A DNA stretch of 15,215 nucleotides, taken from positions 1 to 15,215 of IMG/VR virus record IMGVR_UViG_2778261570_000007. One strand, given 5' to 3'. Numbering within the stretch: the first letter of the stretch is position 1; each line of letters opens with the position of its first letter. The notes under the pieces are model-generated. The model was not told where the DNA came from. It did no database searches and saw only the letters and a list, made by a program, of their open reading frames with translations. The DNA is from a virus (lineage: Duplodnaviria; Heunggongvirae; Uroviricota; Caudoviricetes). Made by a program: the position numbers and the translations under genes. Below, piece by piece: positions 15,165-15,215 of the stretch.

Positions 15165-15215
15165 GCGGCTCGTCAGAACCGTATTGATATTTACTGAGAG
15201 CTCAGATCAACTTTC

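Noticed and set aside
1-15215. Embedded anti-phage defence system, integrase or attachment site
   Set aside because: Every sizeable ORF is accounted for by virion morphogenesis genes or small cos-proximal ORFs. No nuclease, ATPase, methyltransferase or recombinase-like genes beyond terminase were found.

Overview
The window is a late-gene (virion morphogenesis) segment of a temperate enterobacterial phage or prophage, with all recognisable genes on the + strand. It is a mosaic. A lambda-type cos site (about 1170-1380) is followed by a lambda-like packaging and head module in lambda order: Nu1, A, W, B, C with a nested Nu3-like scaffold, D, E, FI, FII, then Z-like and U-like proteins. This is fused by an overlapping stop/start directly to a P2-like contractile-tail baseplate and fibre module (V, W, J, I, H, G). 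After G there is a terminator and then only about 21 codons of a tail-sheath-like start before a stop near the window edge. Upstream of cos are a small membrane protein, a small lipoprotein and a 99-aa hypothetical protein. The most unusual features are a four-copy in-frame 138-bp tandem repeat in the scaffold region of C/Nu3, the U-to-V module junction with no tube, sheath or tape-measure genes in the window, and the apparently truncated sheath gene. No defence system, integrase, tRNA or CRISPR array is visible. All homology statements are from my recollection of lambda and P2 protein sequences, not from computed alignments.
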